Source: an uncultured Bacteroidota bacterium
Lineage (GTDB): Bacteria; Bacteroidota; Bacteroidia; Bacteroidales; JAAUTT01
Reading direction: 5' to 3'
Assembly: GCA_963846585.1 (NCBI GenBank)
Contig: CAWJWO010000013.1
Coordinates: 107,801-171,800, forward strand
DNA length: 64,000 nucleotides
Shown: positions 17,411 to 27,341 of the stretch, piece after piece
How positions within the stretch are numbered: the first letter of the stretch is position 1
Layout of the letters: each line of letters begins with the position of its first letter
Program-made: the position numbers and the translations under genes
The notes under the pieces: model-generated
Seen by the model: the letters and a program-made list of their open reading frames with translations, nothing else
Told to the model about the DNA's origin: nothing
Databases searched by the model: none

Positions 17411-19621
17411 ATGAAAAAGAAAATTGTGATTACTGCATGTATTTCATTGTTCACTATATCACAGATATTTAGTGAAGATTACACTAAGTTTGTTGATCCG
17501 TTTATCGGAACAACTAATGGTGGGAATCAAAATCCGGGAGCCCGTGCTCCTTTTGGTATGGTAAATTTTAGTCCGTATAATTATGCCGATACATTTCAGG
17601 ATGCCGCAACTTATATATATGGTCAACCTAAGATTTATGGTTTTGGGCTGACAAATCTGGTCGGTACAGGATGTGACAATTACGGAGGGATACAACTTAT
17701 GCCCATTGTTGCCGGACATGGTACCCCTGTTGGGCATCACTCGGCTTATTCTGAAGAACATGCCGAACCGGGTTATTATTCTGTGAGACTTTCCGATTTC
17801 AATACTAAAGCTGAACTAACGACAAGTACACGTGCATGTTATGGTAAATTTACTTTTCCTGACAGAAAGAAAATAATCACTATTGAAATGTCACGTGTAA
17901 ACACTCAGGATACGGCTTTTTATATTGAAGCAGTTTCAAAAACCGTGGTATGTGGATACCGTACCGATGGTCAGTTCTGTGGAAAACAAGGGACTCACAA
18001 GGTATATTTTTATTCAGTTTTCAGTCAGCCGGCTTCAGTACAACATATCTTCATCAGCGGAAAGCCGGCTAACGGATTAAAAGCACATGCCAGGCATGAC
18101 AAAATATTGCTTTCGTGTGAGTTTGATAAAAAAACATTAAATGTTATTGAAGTGAGGACGGGAGTTTCTTATGTAAGTATAAAGAATGCAAAAGAAAATC
18201 TGGATACGGAAATTGGCAATATATCGTTTGAACAGGTAAGAAAAAAAACAAATGCCAAATGGAATGAACTTTTAGGACGTATTATAGTGGAAGGCACCAA
18301 TTATAACGACAAGGTTAAATTTTATACAGCGATTTTCCATACTATGAGCCATCCTAATATTATTGATGATGTAAACGGTGAGTACCCGTTAATGGAAAAA
18401 AGCGGAATTGGAAGGTTGACGCAGGGTCACAGGTATTCGGTATTTTCATTGTGGGACACATACAGGACTGCCCACCCGTTTTTCACACTTGTTTACCCTG
18501 AGATACAAAGTGACATGATTAAAACCATGCTTGCTATGGCTGACGAATACGGCTGGTTACCACATTGGGAGTGCATAGGAGTCGAAAAAGGCGTTATGAA
18601 TGGCGATCCTTCGCTGATTGTTATTAATGACAGTTATCAAAAAGGGATTCGGGACTTCGATGTACGAAAAGCACTGAAAGCTATGATGCACAATTCCAAA
18701 GAAGTATACACACAATCAGGCGTTGAATTTGTCAGGAAGGCATTTAAGCCTTATTGGGCAAACAATGGCTATATTCCTTACGATTACAAAAAGAAAGGAG
18801 GCTACGTATGGGGCTCGGTTTCAACTACCCTCGAATATAACCTTGCCGACTGGAACCTCGGCCAGATGGCGCTTGCTTTGGGTGATTCCATTTCATTTAA
18901 AACTTATAACTCTGTTTCAAAAGGCTGGCGGAAATTATACGATTCCGGAACAGGATTTATCCGTGAGCGTAAAACTGATGGTTCCTGGCCTGAAAAGTTT
19001 GATCCGCTGGAACAAAACGGCGAAATGAGCTGGAAATATAGTGGTGGTCCCGGTTACACTGAAGGCAACGCATGGAATTACCTGTTTTTCCCGACCCATG
19101 ATATCGATTATCTCAAAACTGCTATGGGTGGCGACTCTGTCTTTACATCGAGGCTTCAGGAGTGTTTTGATAAAGAACATTATGCAGCCGATAATGAGCC
19201 TGATCTGGCCTTTCCATTCCTGTTTAACTGTGTAAAAGGTCAGGAATGTCGCACACAAAGACAGGTGCTGAAGATAATTGAAAAATATTTTGGTACAGGT
19301 CGGGGAAGTATTCCCGGCAATGATGATACGGGTACCATGAGTGCCTGGCTTGTATTTGCCATGATGGGGTTTTACCCTTTATGTCCTGGAAATCCTTCTT
19401 ATCAGATATGTTCACCCTTGTTCGACAAGGTTATTATTAAATTAAACCCAAAGTACTATTCGGGAGGACAGTTTATTATTGAAACTAAAAGGTCAAATCC
19501 TGCTGATATTTATATAAAAAGTATACGGTTAAACGGGAATAAATATGACAATTATACCCTATTGCATTGTAATATTGTGAAAGGTGGAAGTATGGAGGTC
19601 ATAATGGGTGAAGGCAAATAA
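17411..19621 (+). CDS. GH92 alpha-mannosidase
   Basis: VDPFIGT, PGARAPFGMV, EPGYY, FSLWDTYRT, STTLEY, YTEGNAW, DNEPD, PGNDDTGTMSAW. Confidence 0.94.
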   Translation: MKKKIVITACISLFTISQIFSEDYTKFVDPFIGTTNGGNQNPGARAPFGMVNFSPYNYADTFQDAATYIYGQPKIYGFGLTNLVGTGCDNYGGIQLMPIVAGHGTPVGHHSAYSEEHAEPGYYSVRLSDFNTKAELTTSTRACYGKFTFPDRKKIITIEMSRVNTQDTAFYIEAVSKTVVCGYRTDGQFCGKQGTHKVYFYSVFSQPASVQHIFISGKPANGLKAHARHDKILLSCEFDKKTLNVIEVRTGVSYVSIKNAKENLDTEIGNISFEQVRKKTNAKWNELLGRIIVEGTNYNDKVKFYTAIFHTMSHPNIIDDVNGEYPLMEKSGIGRLTQGHRYSVFSLWDTYRTAHPFFTLVYPEIQSDMIKTMLAMADEYGWLPHWECIGVEKGVMNGDPSLIVINDSYQKGIRDFDVRKALKAMMHNSKEVYTQSGVEFVRKAFKPYWANNGYIPYDYKKKGGYVWGSVSTTLEYNLADWNLGQMALALGDSISFKTYNSVSKGWRKLYDSGTGFIRERKTDGSWPEKFDPLEQNGEMSWKYSGGPGYTEGNAWNYLFFPTHDIDYLKTAMGGDSVFTSRLQECFDKEHYAADNEPDLAFPFLFNCVKGQECRTQRQVLKIIEKYFGTGRGSIPGNDDTGTMSAWLVFAMMGFYPLCPGNPSYQICSPLFDKVIIKLNPKYYSGGQFIIETKRSNPADIYIKSIRLNGNKYDNYTLLHCNIVKGGSMEVIMGEGK

Positions 19622-19810
19622 AACAATATCTGTATGTAATTTGTTTCTTATTGGTAATATTTAAAAATTTGATTTGTTCTTATTACAACTCCCTAAAAAA
19701 TTTATAAAAATGAAAGATTAAAAAATGCTAATTTTATTTTAATAACCCCAACGGGCTTAAAGCAACAGAACTGGGCAGCGCCCTGTAAAACAAACAAAAT
19801 AATAAATAAA

Positions 19811-20275
19811 ATGGACAAACAAAAAACCGAAGCGGCAAACTCAGCTTCAACTAAAGACACAACCCCTAAGGTAACGGGAATTGGAGGGATTTTCTTTTAT
19901 TCGGACAATCCGAAGGAAACGAAGGAATGGTATGGTAAAAATCTAGGACTGGAAATTAATGATTGGGGTACAAGTTTTGAATTTAGAAACGCAAACCGGC
20001 CTGCCGAAATTAATTATTTACAATGGAGCCCATTTAAGAAAGGAAGTGATTATTTCGCTCCGTCAAAAAAAGAATTTATGATTGATTATCGGGTTCAGAA
20101 TATTGAAGGTTTAGTGAAAAAATTAAAAGCCAATGGAGTAAACATTCTTGACAAGATTGAAACGTATGATTATGGGAAATTTGTTCACATCATGGACTCT
20201 GAAGGTAACAAAATAGAATTATGGGAACCGATCGAAAGCGATTTAAACAAAAAAGGTGTAAAGACAACGAAATAG
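19811..20275 (+). CDS. VOC/glyoxalase family protein
   Basis: KVTGIGGIFF...WY...YGKFVHIMDSEGNKIELWEP. Confidence 0.9.
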   Translation: MDKQKTEAANSASTKDTTPKVTGIGGIFFYSDNPKETKEWYGKNLGLEINDWGTSFEFRNANRPAEINYLQWSPFKKGSDYFAPSKKEFMIDYRVQNIEGLVKKLKANGVNILDKIETYDYGKFVHIMDSEGNKIELWEPIESDLNKKGVKTTK

Positions 20276-20286
20276 GAACCAAAAAA

Positions 20287-20358
20287 CCTTCGACTTCGCT
20301 CAGGTACCAAATCTTTAGCCGCAATTTTGAATAGGGCAGCCATAATGGTTGACCCTAC
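20287..20358. repeat. Two REP-like elements
   Basis: CCTTCGACTTCGCTCAGG at 20287-20304 (variants at 41733, 41890 and 51142); minus-strand GTAGGGTCAACCATTATGGCTGCCCTAT at 20331-20358 is a GTAG-tagged imperfect palindrome. Confidence 0.6.
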
Positions 20359-20448
20359 AGACGGCCCACGGCTAATAAGGTATCATATTTGTGCCATTGG
20401 CGGCTTCGGCATATAGAAATTGATTAATTTGAAAATTTACGTTAAACT

Positions 20449-22344
20449 TCAAATCACTTTAAACGAAGATTTACCGATCGATATGCCACGGATTTTCAGC
20501 TCTGTAAAATAAATTCCCGGTTTCCAGAAAGCACCCGCTGTTCTGTTTCCCCAACCATCACAATGCCAAATCGTTGTCCAACCGGCTTCAATTATAGCAT
20601 TATCATTTTGATGGGCGATTTCATGTCCTGTGCTATCGGTCCAGATAGCTTCTATGCCAAAATTAATTTTATATCCGGGTGCATCAAAATGAAGATCTAT
20701 TTCCCAGTTAATAAAGCGGATATGTGAGCCTGTGAATTCCGTTTTATAGGCACGCTGCTCCTTGGCAGGTGCATCAAAATCACTTTCAAAAAATAAAATA
20801 GGATTATATTCTATAATTATAGATCCAAGTATTCTTCTGAATATAATATCCTTAGCTATCGAACGAACTGTAGTGTCAGTGGCAGTATTCACTATGTTAA
20901 TCAATGTAGTTCTATCAGTAATTTTTTCTAACACAGCATACCGGATCACGGGATTTTTATCATTAAATGCCAGATCGGCTAACCGGCCCTGGTCAGTTAT
21001 TTTATCAACTTCTACCCAGCGTTTTTGATAATCTTTGGAATTTTTTTCAGTTATTTTTTCTTCTTCATCCTTTCGTTTTTTATTTTCTATAATATTTTTA
21101 TCATATTCGTCGAGCCGCATAGCTGCATCAGTTTTTTTCCAGTCAGGATCAATCGATCTGAGTGCCTTTATTGCTGATTTCCGGATTAAATAATTTTGTA
21201 CCATCATTGTAAGGATAATAGGTTCTATGGCACGCTTATCCTTTAGTTTCCCAAGTGCATCAATAACAGGTATTTTTATATCTGAATTCTCTTTTTTTAA
21301 TTCGTCAATCAGTGGTAAGACAGCCCGTTTGTCATTTAAATTTCCCAGGGCATCAACTACCTGCGACTTGATTCTGGAACCCGGTTTTTTCAATTCGGCA
21401 ATCATTGGTTCTACAGTCCTGTTGTCTTTGAAGTCGTTCAATGCATAAACGGCTGCATAACAGACATATTCATCCGGGTCGTTCATTTTTTCGATTAGCG
21501 GCCCGACTGCCCGGCTGTCCTTTATATCTCTTAGTTTATGTATTGCTTCAATCACTACCTCCCTGTCCGGGTCATTAAGCATGGTGATAAGTAATTCTGT
21601 TATCCGGTTGTTTTTAAAATTGACAAGTGCTTCAATGGCAGCTTGTCGAATATCACCCGTGGGGTCTTTCAGTAATTCAATTAGGGAGTCAAAGACACGG
21701 TTATCTTTTATTTCACAAAGAGCTAATGCTGCTGCATTATGAAAAATTATATCTTCATCTTTCAATATACTGACAATAGGTTTAATTCCTAAAGGTTTAT
21801 AGATAGATTTGACAAGATAATGCAATGCCTTATTAAATGTTTCATAAAAAGGCGCGTCATTGGCATAATAATTTTTGTTTATTCTTTGCAACAGGGGTGT
21901 ATATTCATTGAATTGTTCAGAAAATTTCTCTCCTTTTGTGGCTTCAAAGGTAACGGTAAAATATAGCGATGCACCGGTATAATTGTATCCCCAAATGCCG
22001 GTTGAATTATAATCCCCGACATAGTTACCGCCTATAGGGTTACCTGTTACCTGTATCTTAACCATCATATCGTAACTTACTGAATCTTCAGTTATCCCGG
22101 CATATTGAAGTATTGTTGCCATAGTTTCCCTAACCGGCAGAGATATTAAACCTGCTTTACCATAAGATTGCGAAATAATAATTTTTGCTTTCTTTACATT
22201 TCGGAACGAAGGGTTTCTTCCAGTATTCGGATCAGCTGCATAACTTTCGGATGTTGTGTTGACTGTATGTTGTTGTGATTGTATTGTATTACAGAAGAAC
22301 ACAGGGGCTAAGATCAATAGTTTAAATATTCCGCAATAATTCAT
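20449..22344 (-). CDS. Exported HEAT-repeat (PBS-lyase-like) protein
   Basis: Signal-like N-terminus; about 7 repeats of the type ALGKLKDKRAIEPLI..L.D; beta-rich C-terminal domain. Confidence 0.85.
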   Translation of the reverse strand: MNYCGIFKLLILAPVFFCNTIQSQQHTVNTTSESYAADPNTGRNPSFRNVKKAKIIISQSYGKAGLISLPVRETMATILQYAGITEDSVSYDMMVKIQVTGNPIGGNYVGDYNSTGIWGYNYTGASLYFTVTFEATKGEKFSEQFNEYTPLLQRINKNYYANDAPFYETFNKALHYLVKSIYKPLGIKPIVSILKDEDIIFHNAAALALCEIKDNRVFDSLIELLKDPTGDIRQAAIEALVNFKNNRITELLITMLNDPDREVVIEAIHKLRDIKDSRAVGPLIEKMNDPDEYVCYAAVYALNDFKDNRTVEPMIAELKKPGSRIKSQVVDALGNLNDKRAVLPLIDELKKENSDIKIPVIDALGKLKDKRAIEPIILTMMVQNYLIRKSAIKALRSIDPDWKKTDAAMRLDEYDKNIIENKKRKDEEEKITEKNSKDYQKRWVEVDKITDQGRLADLAFNDKNPVIRYAVLEKITDRTTLINIVNTATDTTVRSIAKDIIFRRILGSIIIEYNPILFFESDFDAPAKEQRAYKTEFTGSHIRFINWEIDLHFDAPGYKINFGIEAIWTDSTGHEIAHQNDNAIIEAGWTTIWHCDGWGNRTAGAFWKPGIYFTELKIRGISIGKSSFKVI

Positions 22345-22394
22345 ATGATTTATTATAAAGATATTATTGGTGTCTCACCTGATACTATTTTTAC

Positions 22395-22850
22395 TTAATC
22401 AGTATAATAATAATATTTCGGATCAGGTTGATTGCCCATCCAAATACAAAACCATGTCAATAATACTAACGATCCTGATACCGCACAACCAATCCATGCT
22501 TTACGGGTTTGTTCCTTATCTCCGTGAGAAGCTAAATATACCAATCCTACTCCGGCCACACTGAACACGAAACCCCACCAGAATGAAGGGATGAGAAGAG
22601 GTGGTTTATTGTCATCACTAAAAAACGGATTAGTAACCAAATCAAGGCCGCTCAATTTTACTGTACCTGCTTTGGTAAAACATTCTATGGCCAGGGCAGG
22701 ATGTTCGGCAACGTAATTTTCGATTATGCTTAAATCTGATAAGGCAGCATTTACAGCTGGCTTGTCGTATTTAAAAAGATCGGCATCATTTGCTGATATT
22801 TTTGCAAATCCAAATAAATTCAATAAGAAAATAAAAATAAGTCTTTTCAT
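22395..22850 (-). CDS. Hypothetical membrane protein
   Basis: Signal peptide and two C-terminal TM segments (IPSFWWGFVFSVAGVGLVY). Confidence 0.75.
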   Translation of the reverse strand: MKRLIFIFLLNLFGFAKISANDADLFKYDKPAVNAALSDLSIIENYVAEHPALAIECFTKAGTVKLSGLDLVTNPFFSDDNKPPLLIPSFWWGFVFSVAGVGLVYLASHGDKEQTRKAWIGCAVSGSLVLLTWFCIWMGNQPDPKYYYYTD

Positions 22851-22995
22851 GTAAGTAGAGTTAGTTTCAATTTTTAATATTAATGATAAGGTTGGTTTAT
22901 CTTAAGTAGATTTAACATTTCATTTTGTTTAGATATGACAAATATATATAAAACGTTACATGAATTTTATGATTATTATAAATCTGGATCAGTAA

Positions 22996-23262
22996 TATAA
23001 GTTCGGTTGTTTAAAACTGAATAAATCATTGAACGAGTCCTGTTTAGGTCTGCAACATTTATTCTTCAGTGTTGTTTTCGGGACTTTGGTTATATTGTTT
23101 TTTATGCTGGCCTGGAGTGATTTTACTGGCAATAAAATAATAAGGATAGTGGCAGGATATGATGGGATTATTTGCGGCCTTTCAGCAATGTATGCATGTT
23201 TTGCACTGATTTTAAATGAAATATATCATAAAACTGTTCTACCCTTAGGAGTAAAAAAGTAG
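22996..23262 (+). pseudogene. satP: C-terminal fragment of a SatP/YaaH (GPR1/FUN34) acetate channel
   Basis: FGCLKLNKSL...VVFGTLVILFFMLA..AGYDGIICGLSAMY..ILNEIYHKTVLPLG matches the SatP C-terminal third; in-frame stop at 22993 and no 5' part. Confidence 0.7.
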
Positions 23263-23286
23263 GTTTTTGCTACAATCAAAAAAACA

Positions 23287-23655
23287 TTATTCTGCAAACG
23301 TCAGGATATAGCCATTAATGTCCTGAATTGAAAATTCAGTTGCACCATAGAATGTTTTTTCAAGACCCTTTACAACATTCACTTTGTCTTTAATTTGTTC
23401 ATACAATTGATTAATTTCTTTTGTCTGAATGTAAAGTAATAACGAACCACCATCCTGTCTGCTTATTGCCGGTAATTCAGTACCTAAACTACTGAAGGTT
23501 TGAAACATAAATGTTACCTTTCCACAACTCATCATTGCCCAGACAAATTCATCAGTTTCCGGCACGGTTGTTACGATACTGAATCCGATCCGTTTGTAAA
23601 AATCAATAGTCTTGTTGATGTCTTTTACGAAAATGTTTGGTGATAGTGTTTCCAT
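23287..23655 (-). CDS. VOC/bleomycin-resistance family protein
   Basis: METLSPNIFVKDINKTIDFY...TFYGATEFSIQDINGYILTFAE. Confidence 0.88.
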   Translation of the reverse strand: METLSPNIFVKDINKTIDFYKRIGFSIVTTVPETDEFVWAMMSCGKVTFMFQTFSSLGTELPAISRQDGGSLLLYIQTKEINQLYEQIKDKVNVVKGLEKTFYGATEFSIQDINGYILTFAE

Positions 23656-23773
23656 AATTATTTTATATTTATAACAACTAGTGAGCAAATATGTTAAGTA
23701 AAAATATTAAAAATATTTAATGATTTTCGTCAAAATTATTTAAAAAAATTTGGAGATCCCAAACAAAATTGTC

Positions 23774-23804
23774 TACATTTGTACATCACTAGTAAACTAG
23801 TACA
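23774..23804 (+). promoter_or_regulatory. -7 promoter box followed by a palindromic operator candidate
   Basis: TACATTTG (23774-23781), then ACTAG-TAAA-CTAGT (23788-23801) extended by ACA. Confidence 0.5.
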
Positions 23805-23848
23805 CTACTTAAATAAATAATTAATTAACCATTAAATATTAATAACTT

Positions 23849-24238
23849 ATGAAAACTTTATCTTTAATCATTTTAAGTATTATTTCAATTTATGCCAATG
23901 CACAAAAAATTACCGGTAAAATAACGGATTCTGAATCGGGTAAACCAGTTCCTTTTGCAGAAGTGTCGGTAATTGGCAATAATTTAGGAACAGTATCTGA
24001 TATTCATGGAAACTTTGTAATGGACGTTTCAAATAGTTGTGAAACCTGCATTATTCGATTTTCAAGTTTAGGTTATGAAAAAATTAATATAGAAATGAAG
24101 AATTTTACAAAAAATATTATGAAACAGAAATCAATAAACATTAAATTACCTCCTAAATCTTATCAAATTCCTGAAGTGGATATATACGGACAACGTTCTA
24201 AACTTGCACAGTTAAATTCTATAAAAAGAAATAAATAG
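23849..24238 (+). CDS. Carboxypeptidase-like regulatory domain protein (stand-alone)
   Basis: Signal peptide; ITGKITDSESGKPVPFAEV...GTVSDIHGNF...FSSLGYE. Confidence 0.82.
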   Translation: MKTLSLIILSIISIYANAQKITGKITDSESGKPVPFAEVSVIGNNLGTVSDIHGNFVMDVSNSCETCIIRFSSLGYEKINIEMKNFTKNIMKQKSINIKLPPKSYQIPEVDIYGQRSKLAQLNSIKRNK

Positions 24239-24264
24239 TTAATAATTAATCATTTTGCTTTATT

Positions 24265-24296
24265 ATTAGCCTGACTTATTTGTAAGTCAGGCTAAT
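24265..24296. terminator. Hairpin between convergent genes, likely bidirectional terminator
   Basis: Perfect 14-bp stem ATTAGCCTGACTTA / TAAGTCAGGCTAAT with a 4-nt loop. Confidence 0.7.
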
Positions 24297-24369
24297 TGAT
24301 CCTCCGGATGTTTCTATTCTTCCAATGAAATATTGCAAAAGAATATGATATGATAGGTATTATTTTTTT

Positions 24370-25290
24370 TCATTTTAATTGATGTATATAATTATCAAGA
24401 ATACTTTTAACTGTTTTATTAACGTAATTATTTTTATCGTTTTGCATTCCTTTAATAACTTCGAAAGCACCAAGAGTACCAATATAATATCCAAGACAAA
24501 TTGCCGCATTTCTTCGAACAATATTATTACTATTTTTTGTATACTTAACAAATTTATCAAAGGCGTATTCACACTGTCCCATTAAGGACAATGTTGCAAT
24601 ACCATCTAAAGCCATTAATATATTTTTCTGTTTACTTATTAATTGTTTTAATAGTGATATCGATTCCTTCGAATTAATTTCCTTTAAAGCATTAAATACC
24701 TGTTCAGGGTAAAATACATTATTATATTTTTCTTTAAAATAATTTAAGGAAATATTATATTTTTCAAATTTCACTAAAATGACTGCCGCAATGGTAGCTA
24801 ATTCATTATCATTACCACTTAACATTTTTATTAATGCATTTTTTGAAACATCATTATTATAAATAGATAGGCATTTAGCCATTACAACTAAATAATTATG
24901 ATCTTTTTTTAAGGTGTCAGTAAAAATATATTTTATTAATAAATAGAGATATTTTTGATCTTTAGTATCCCATGCTAATTTACATAAATTAAAAGTATAT
25001 TTATAATCAATTATTTTAGAATAATTTATGTCTTTATTAATTTTTAAATCAAATATTTTATACTTATATGGGAAAGGGTCATTTTCGCGACAAGGTATTA
25101 TTTTATATCCGTTAAGAGCATTACCAGGATAACTTCTATTGTAGTCACCAAAGATAGTATCAGATTTATTAAAAAAAGTTCCTCCATCTTCATCATATGG
25201 CTGTACTGCACTATCATCAGCAGGGCCGTCTTGTGCATATATATATAACGCCTTAATCGTTAAAATAGTAATTAATAATAATTTTTTCAT
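24370..25290 (-). CDS. Exported HEAT-repeat-like hypothetical protein
   Basis: Signal peptide; helical repeats such as NSNNIVRRNAAICLG; very AT-rich. Confidence 0.65.
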   Translation of the reverse strand: MKKLLLITILTIKALYIYAQDGPADDSAVQPYDEDGGTFFNKSDTIFGDYNRSYPGNALNGYKIIPCRENDPFPYKYKIFDLKINKDINYSKIIDYKYTFNLCKLAWDTKDQKYLYLLIKYIFTDTLKKDHNYLVVMAKCLSIYNNDVSKNALIKMLSGNDNELATIAAVILVKFEKYNISLNYFKEKYNNVFYPEQVFNALKEINSKESISLLKQLISKQKNILMALDGIATLSLMGQCEYAFDKFVKYTKNSNNIVRRNAAICLGYYIGTLGAFEVIKGMQNDKNNYVNKTVKSILDNYIHQLK

Positions 25291-25625
25291 TTCATTTCAT
25301 TTTTTAGTTGATAAAACCAGATGTGTATCAAATTTATTGCCGGCAAAAAATAATTTTGTAGTTCTATTTTTAATTATAGTCTTTAATTCGTTTATAGTCA
25401 ATAGAATGGAATGCTTCTCAGGATAATTGTGAAATAGAGTTAAAATCAGAACTTTTAAATAAAACGCCTATACTTTGCTGAATCCTGTGCAAAAATGTTT
25501 GAAGTACAAGTAAAAATCAATATCTGTGTAATCAATAAGGTTAAATATTTTTTCATGTAATAGTATGCATCCGGGAATTTGATTTAAATATATAATATGT
25601 TTGAAAATCGAAACCTGTGCTCATT

Positions 25626-25973
25626 TTATAATACGATATCTCTTACATGGTGCTCATATTCGGGTTCCCAGGCGGGTGAGGTTATGCAAACCTGTTTTAA
25701 TGAACCTTTGTAGTAGAATCTTTTATTTGGCGGAATAATTACTACATCTCCCGCGTTAACTTTATGAGGGACATCTTCGATGAACCACGTGCCAGAACCT
25801 TCTATAATAAAGAATATAAAGTTGCTTTTGGTGTGATAAAACTCTTCAGAATGGCCTTTAATTGTTTCCTGGTAAACCACAGAAGCATCAGGGCAATCTT
25901 CTTTTGAATTGTATACCCTCATTTTTACACCTTGTTTCTCAAATTCAGCAGCATTTTCCTTTTTAAAAACCAT
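25626..25973 (-). CDS. Cupin domain protein
   Basis: HSEEFYH...FFIIEGSG...AGDVVIIPPN. Confidence 0.85.
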   Translation of the reverse strand: MVFKKENAAEFEKQGVKMRVYNSKEDCPDASVVYQETIKGHSEEFYHTKSNFIFFIIEGSGTWFIEDVPHKVNAGDVVIIPPNKRFYYKGSLKQVCITSPAWEPEYEHHVRDIVL

Positions 25974-26021
25974 GACTTTACTAAAATTAAACGATTATTT
26001 TATTTGTTGTCAACTGTATCC

Positions 26022-27311
26022 TTATTTTTTCAAGCTATTGATAACTTTAACTCCGATCAATTGGTCATAACGACTGCCAAAAGGGCAATAATAGACATAA
26101 ATGGCATAATCGTTTTCAGTTTCATAATAATTCCCTTCGAAAAAACTTTCATCTGCTTTGTTTGATCCTTTAGTTTTCAATACATACTGATAGTTGTAAT
26201 ATCCCTGTTTTACCAAAATATCAGCTTCATAGGTTTTATGATCGGTATTATATGTAAGCCGGTTATTTTCATAACATGTATAATCTGTAAAACCACCAAT
26301 CACATATACATCACCTTCATTTACAACATCATCCATCGCCAGGGACATGTGAACATGCACATATTCAGCGTCTGTATTAGGCGTGGTACCTTGCTTATTT
26401 TGAATCAAATATTTTCCATTTAAATCTTCATTATAGAAATAACCTGTATTATTCCTTGGCTTATCGGGTTTGAGTATAACTTCGTATCTATTATTTATAA
26501 AATTGATTGATTTAATGTCAGCTTCCTGGTATTTTAAATCCTTAATATCAAAACTTCTATATTCATTTCCTCCGGGAAAAATATTTTTTTCGTCATTTTC
26601 ATACACAATTTCATCATTATTAATCTGCATCGGTTTTATGTCTGAAACTGCCGATCTCCAGTTATTATTTTTAACCACAGCAATTTTAATTGTTTGATCA
26701 GGGTTATCTATTTGAAACGAATGATGCGAAATTCTAAAATTAACCTCCTGGCTTGTATTTTCATAATCAGGTAAAACTGATCGTCTCACATTTGCAAATA
26801 TTTGGACTAATTCTTCCGTAACTACAAACCTTTTTATGAGGACAGGGGTTTCCACATTATTATCTTCGTAAACTAAAAGGACATAATTCCCTGATAGTTT
26901 AAGAGACAGATGTTCATTTGGAATTTTTAAGTAATAATGAATATAAGATATGTTGGTGCTGACAGACGATTCATAATTTACAAGTGGATTTTGTTCAAAA
27001 CCATCAATATATTCAGAAGGGGATAAACGGGATGGCATCCAATCCATATCGCAATGTATCACTGTATAATTATAGTTTTTTGAATTTTCATCCAGGTCAT
27101 CGAAGCTAAAGGACAAGAATTTATCGTTTTTAAGTTCAAGTACCGGATATGAGAATTCCCATCCTTTCCTGAATAATTGTACAGTTTTAATGCTTTTTTT
27201 AAGTACAGTATCAACCGGATAGGGTCCATTCGGTGGTAATGCCTTCATACTTAAACTAACACCTATAGCAATTATCAATAATACTAATTTAATAAATAAA
27301 GTAATTTTCAT
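26022..27311 (-). CDS. DUF5103 family protein (T9SS plug-like)
   Basis: IKTVQL, SFDDL, YTVIHCDMDW, SGNYVL, FPGGNEYRSFD, DLNGKY, KQGYYNYQY, EGNYYETENDY motifs. Confidence 0.78.
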   Translation of the reverse strand: MKITLFIKLVLLIIAIGVSLSMKALPPNGPYPVDTVLKKSIKTVQLFRKGWEFSYPVLELKNDKFLSFSFDDLDENSKNYNYTVIHCDMDWMPSRLSPSEYIDGFEQNPLVNYESSVSTNISYIHYYLKIPNEHLSLKLSGNYVLLVYEDNNVETPVLIKRFVVTEELVQIFANVRRSVLPDYENTSQEVNFRISHHSFQIDNPDQTIKIAVVKNNNWRSAVSDIKPMQINNDEIVYENDEKNIFPGGNEYRSFDIKDLKYQEADIKSINFINNRYEVILKPDKPRNNTGYFYNEDLNGKYLIQNKQGTTPNTDAEYVHVHMSLAMDDVVNEGDVYVIGGFTDYTCYENNRLTYNTDHKTYEADILVKQGYYNYQYVLKTKGSNKADESFFEGNYYETENDYAIYVYYCPFGSRYDQLIGVKVINSLKK

Positions 27312-27341
27312 AATTTTTGATAATTAATTATAAGAGCCACG

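Noticed and set aside
20368-20445. attC-like cassette site after the VOC gene
   Set aside because: Only a vague GCTAAT...CGTT resemblance, no clear paired boxes and no integron integrase.
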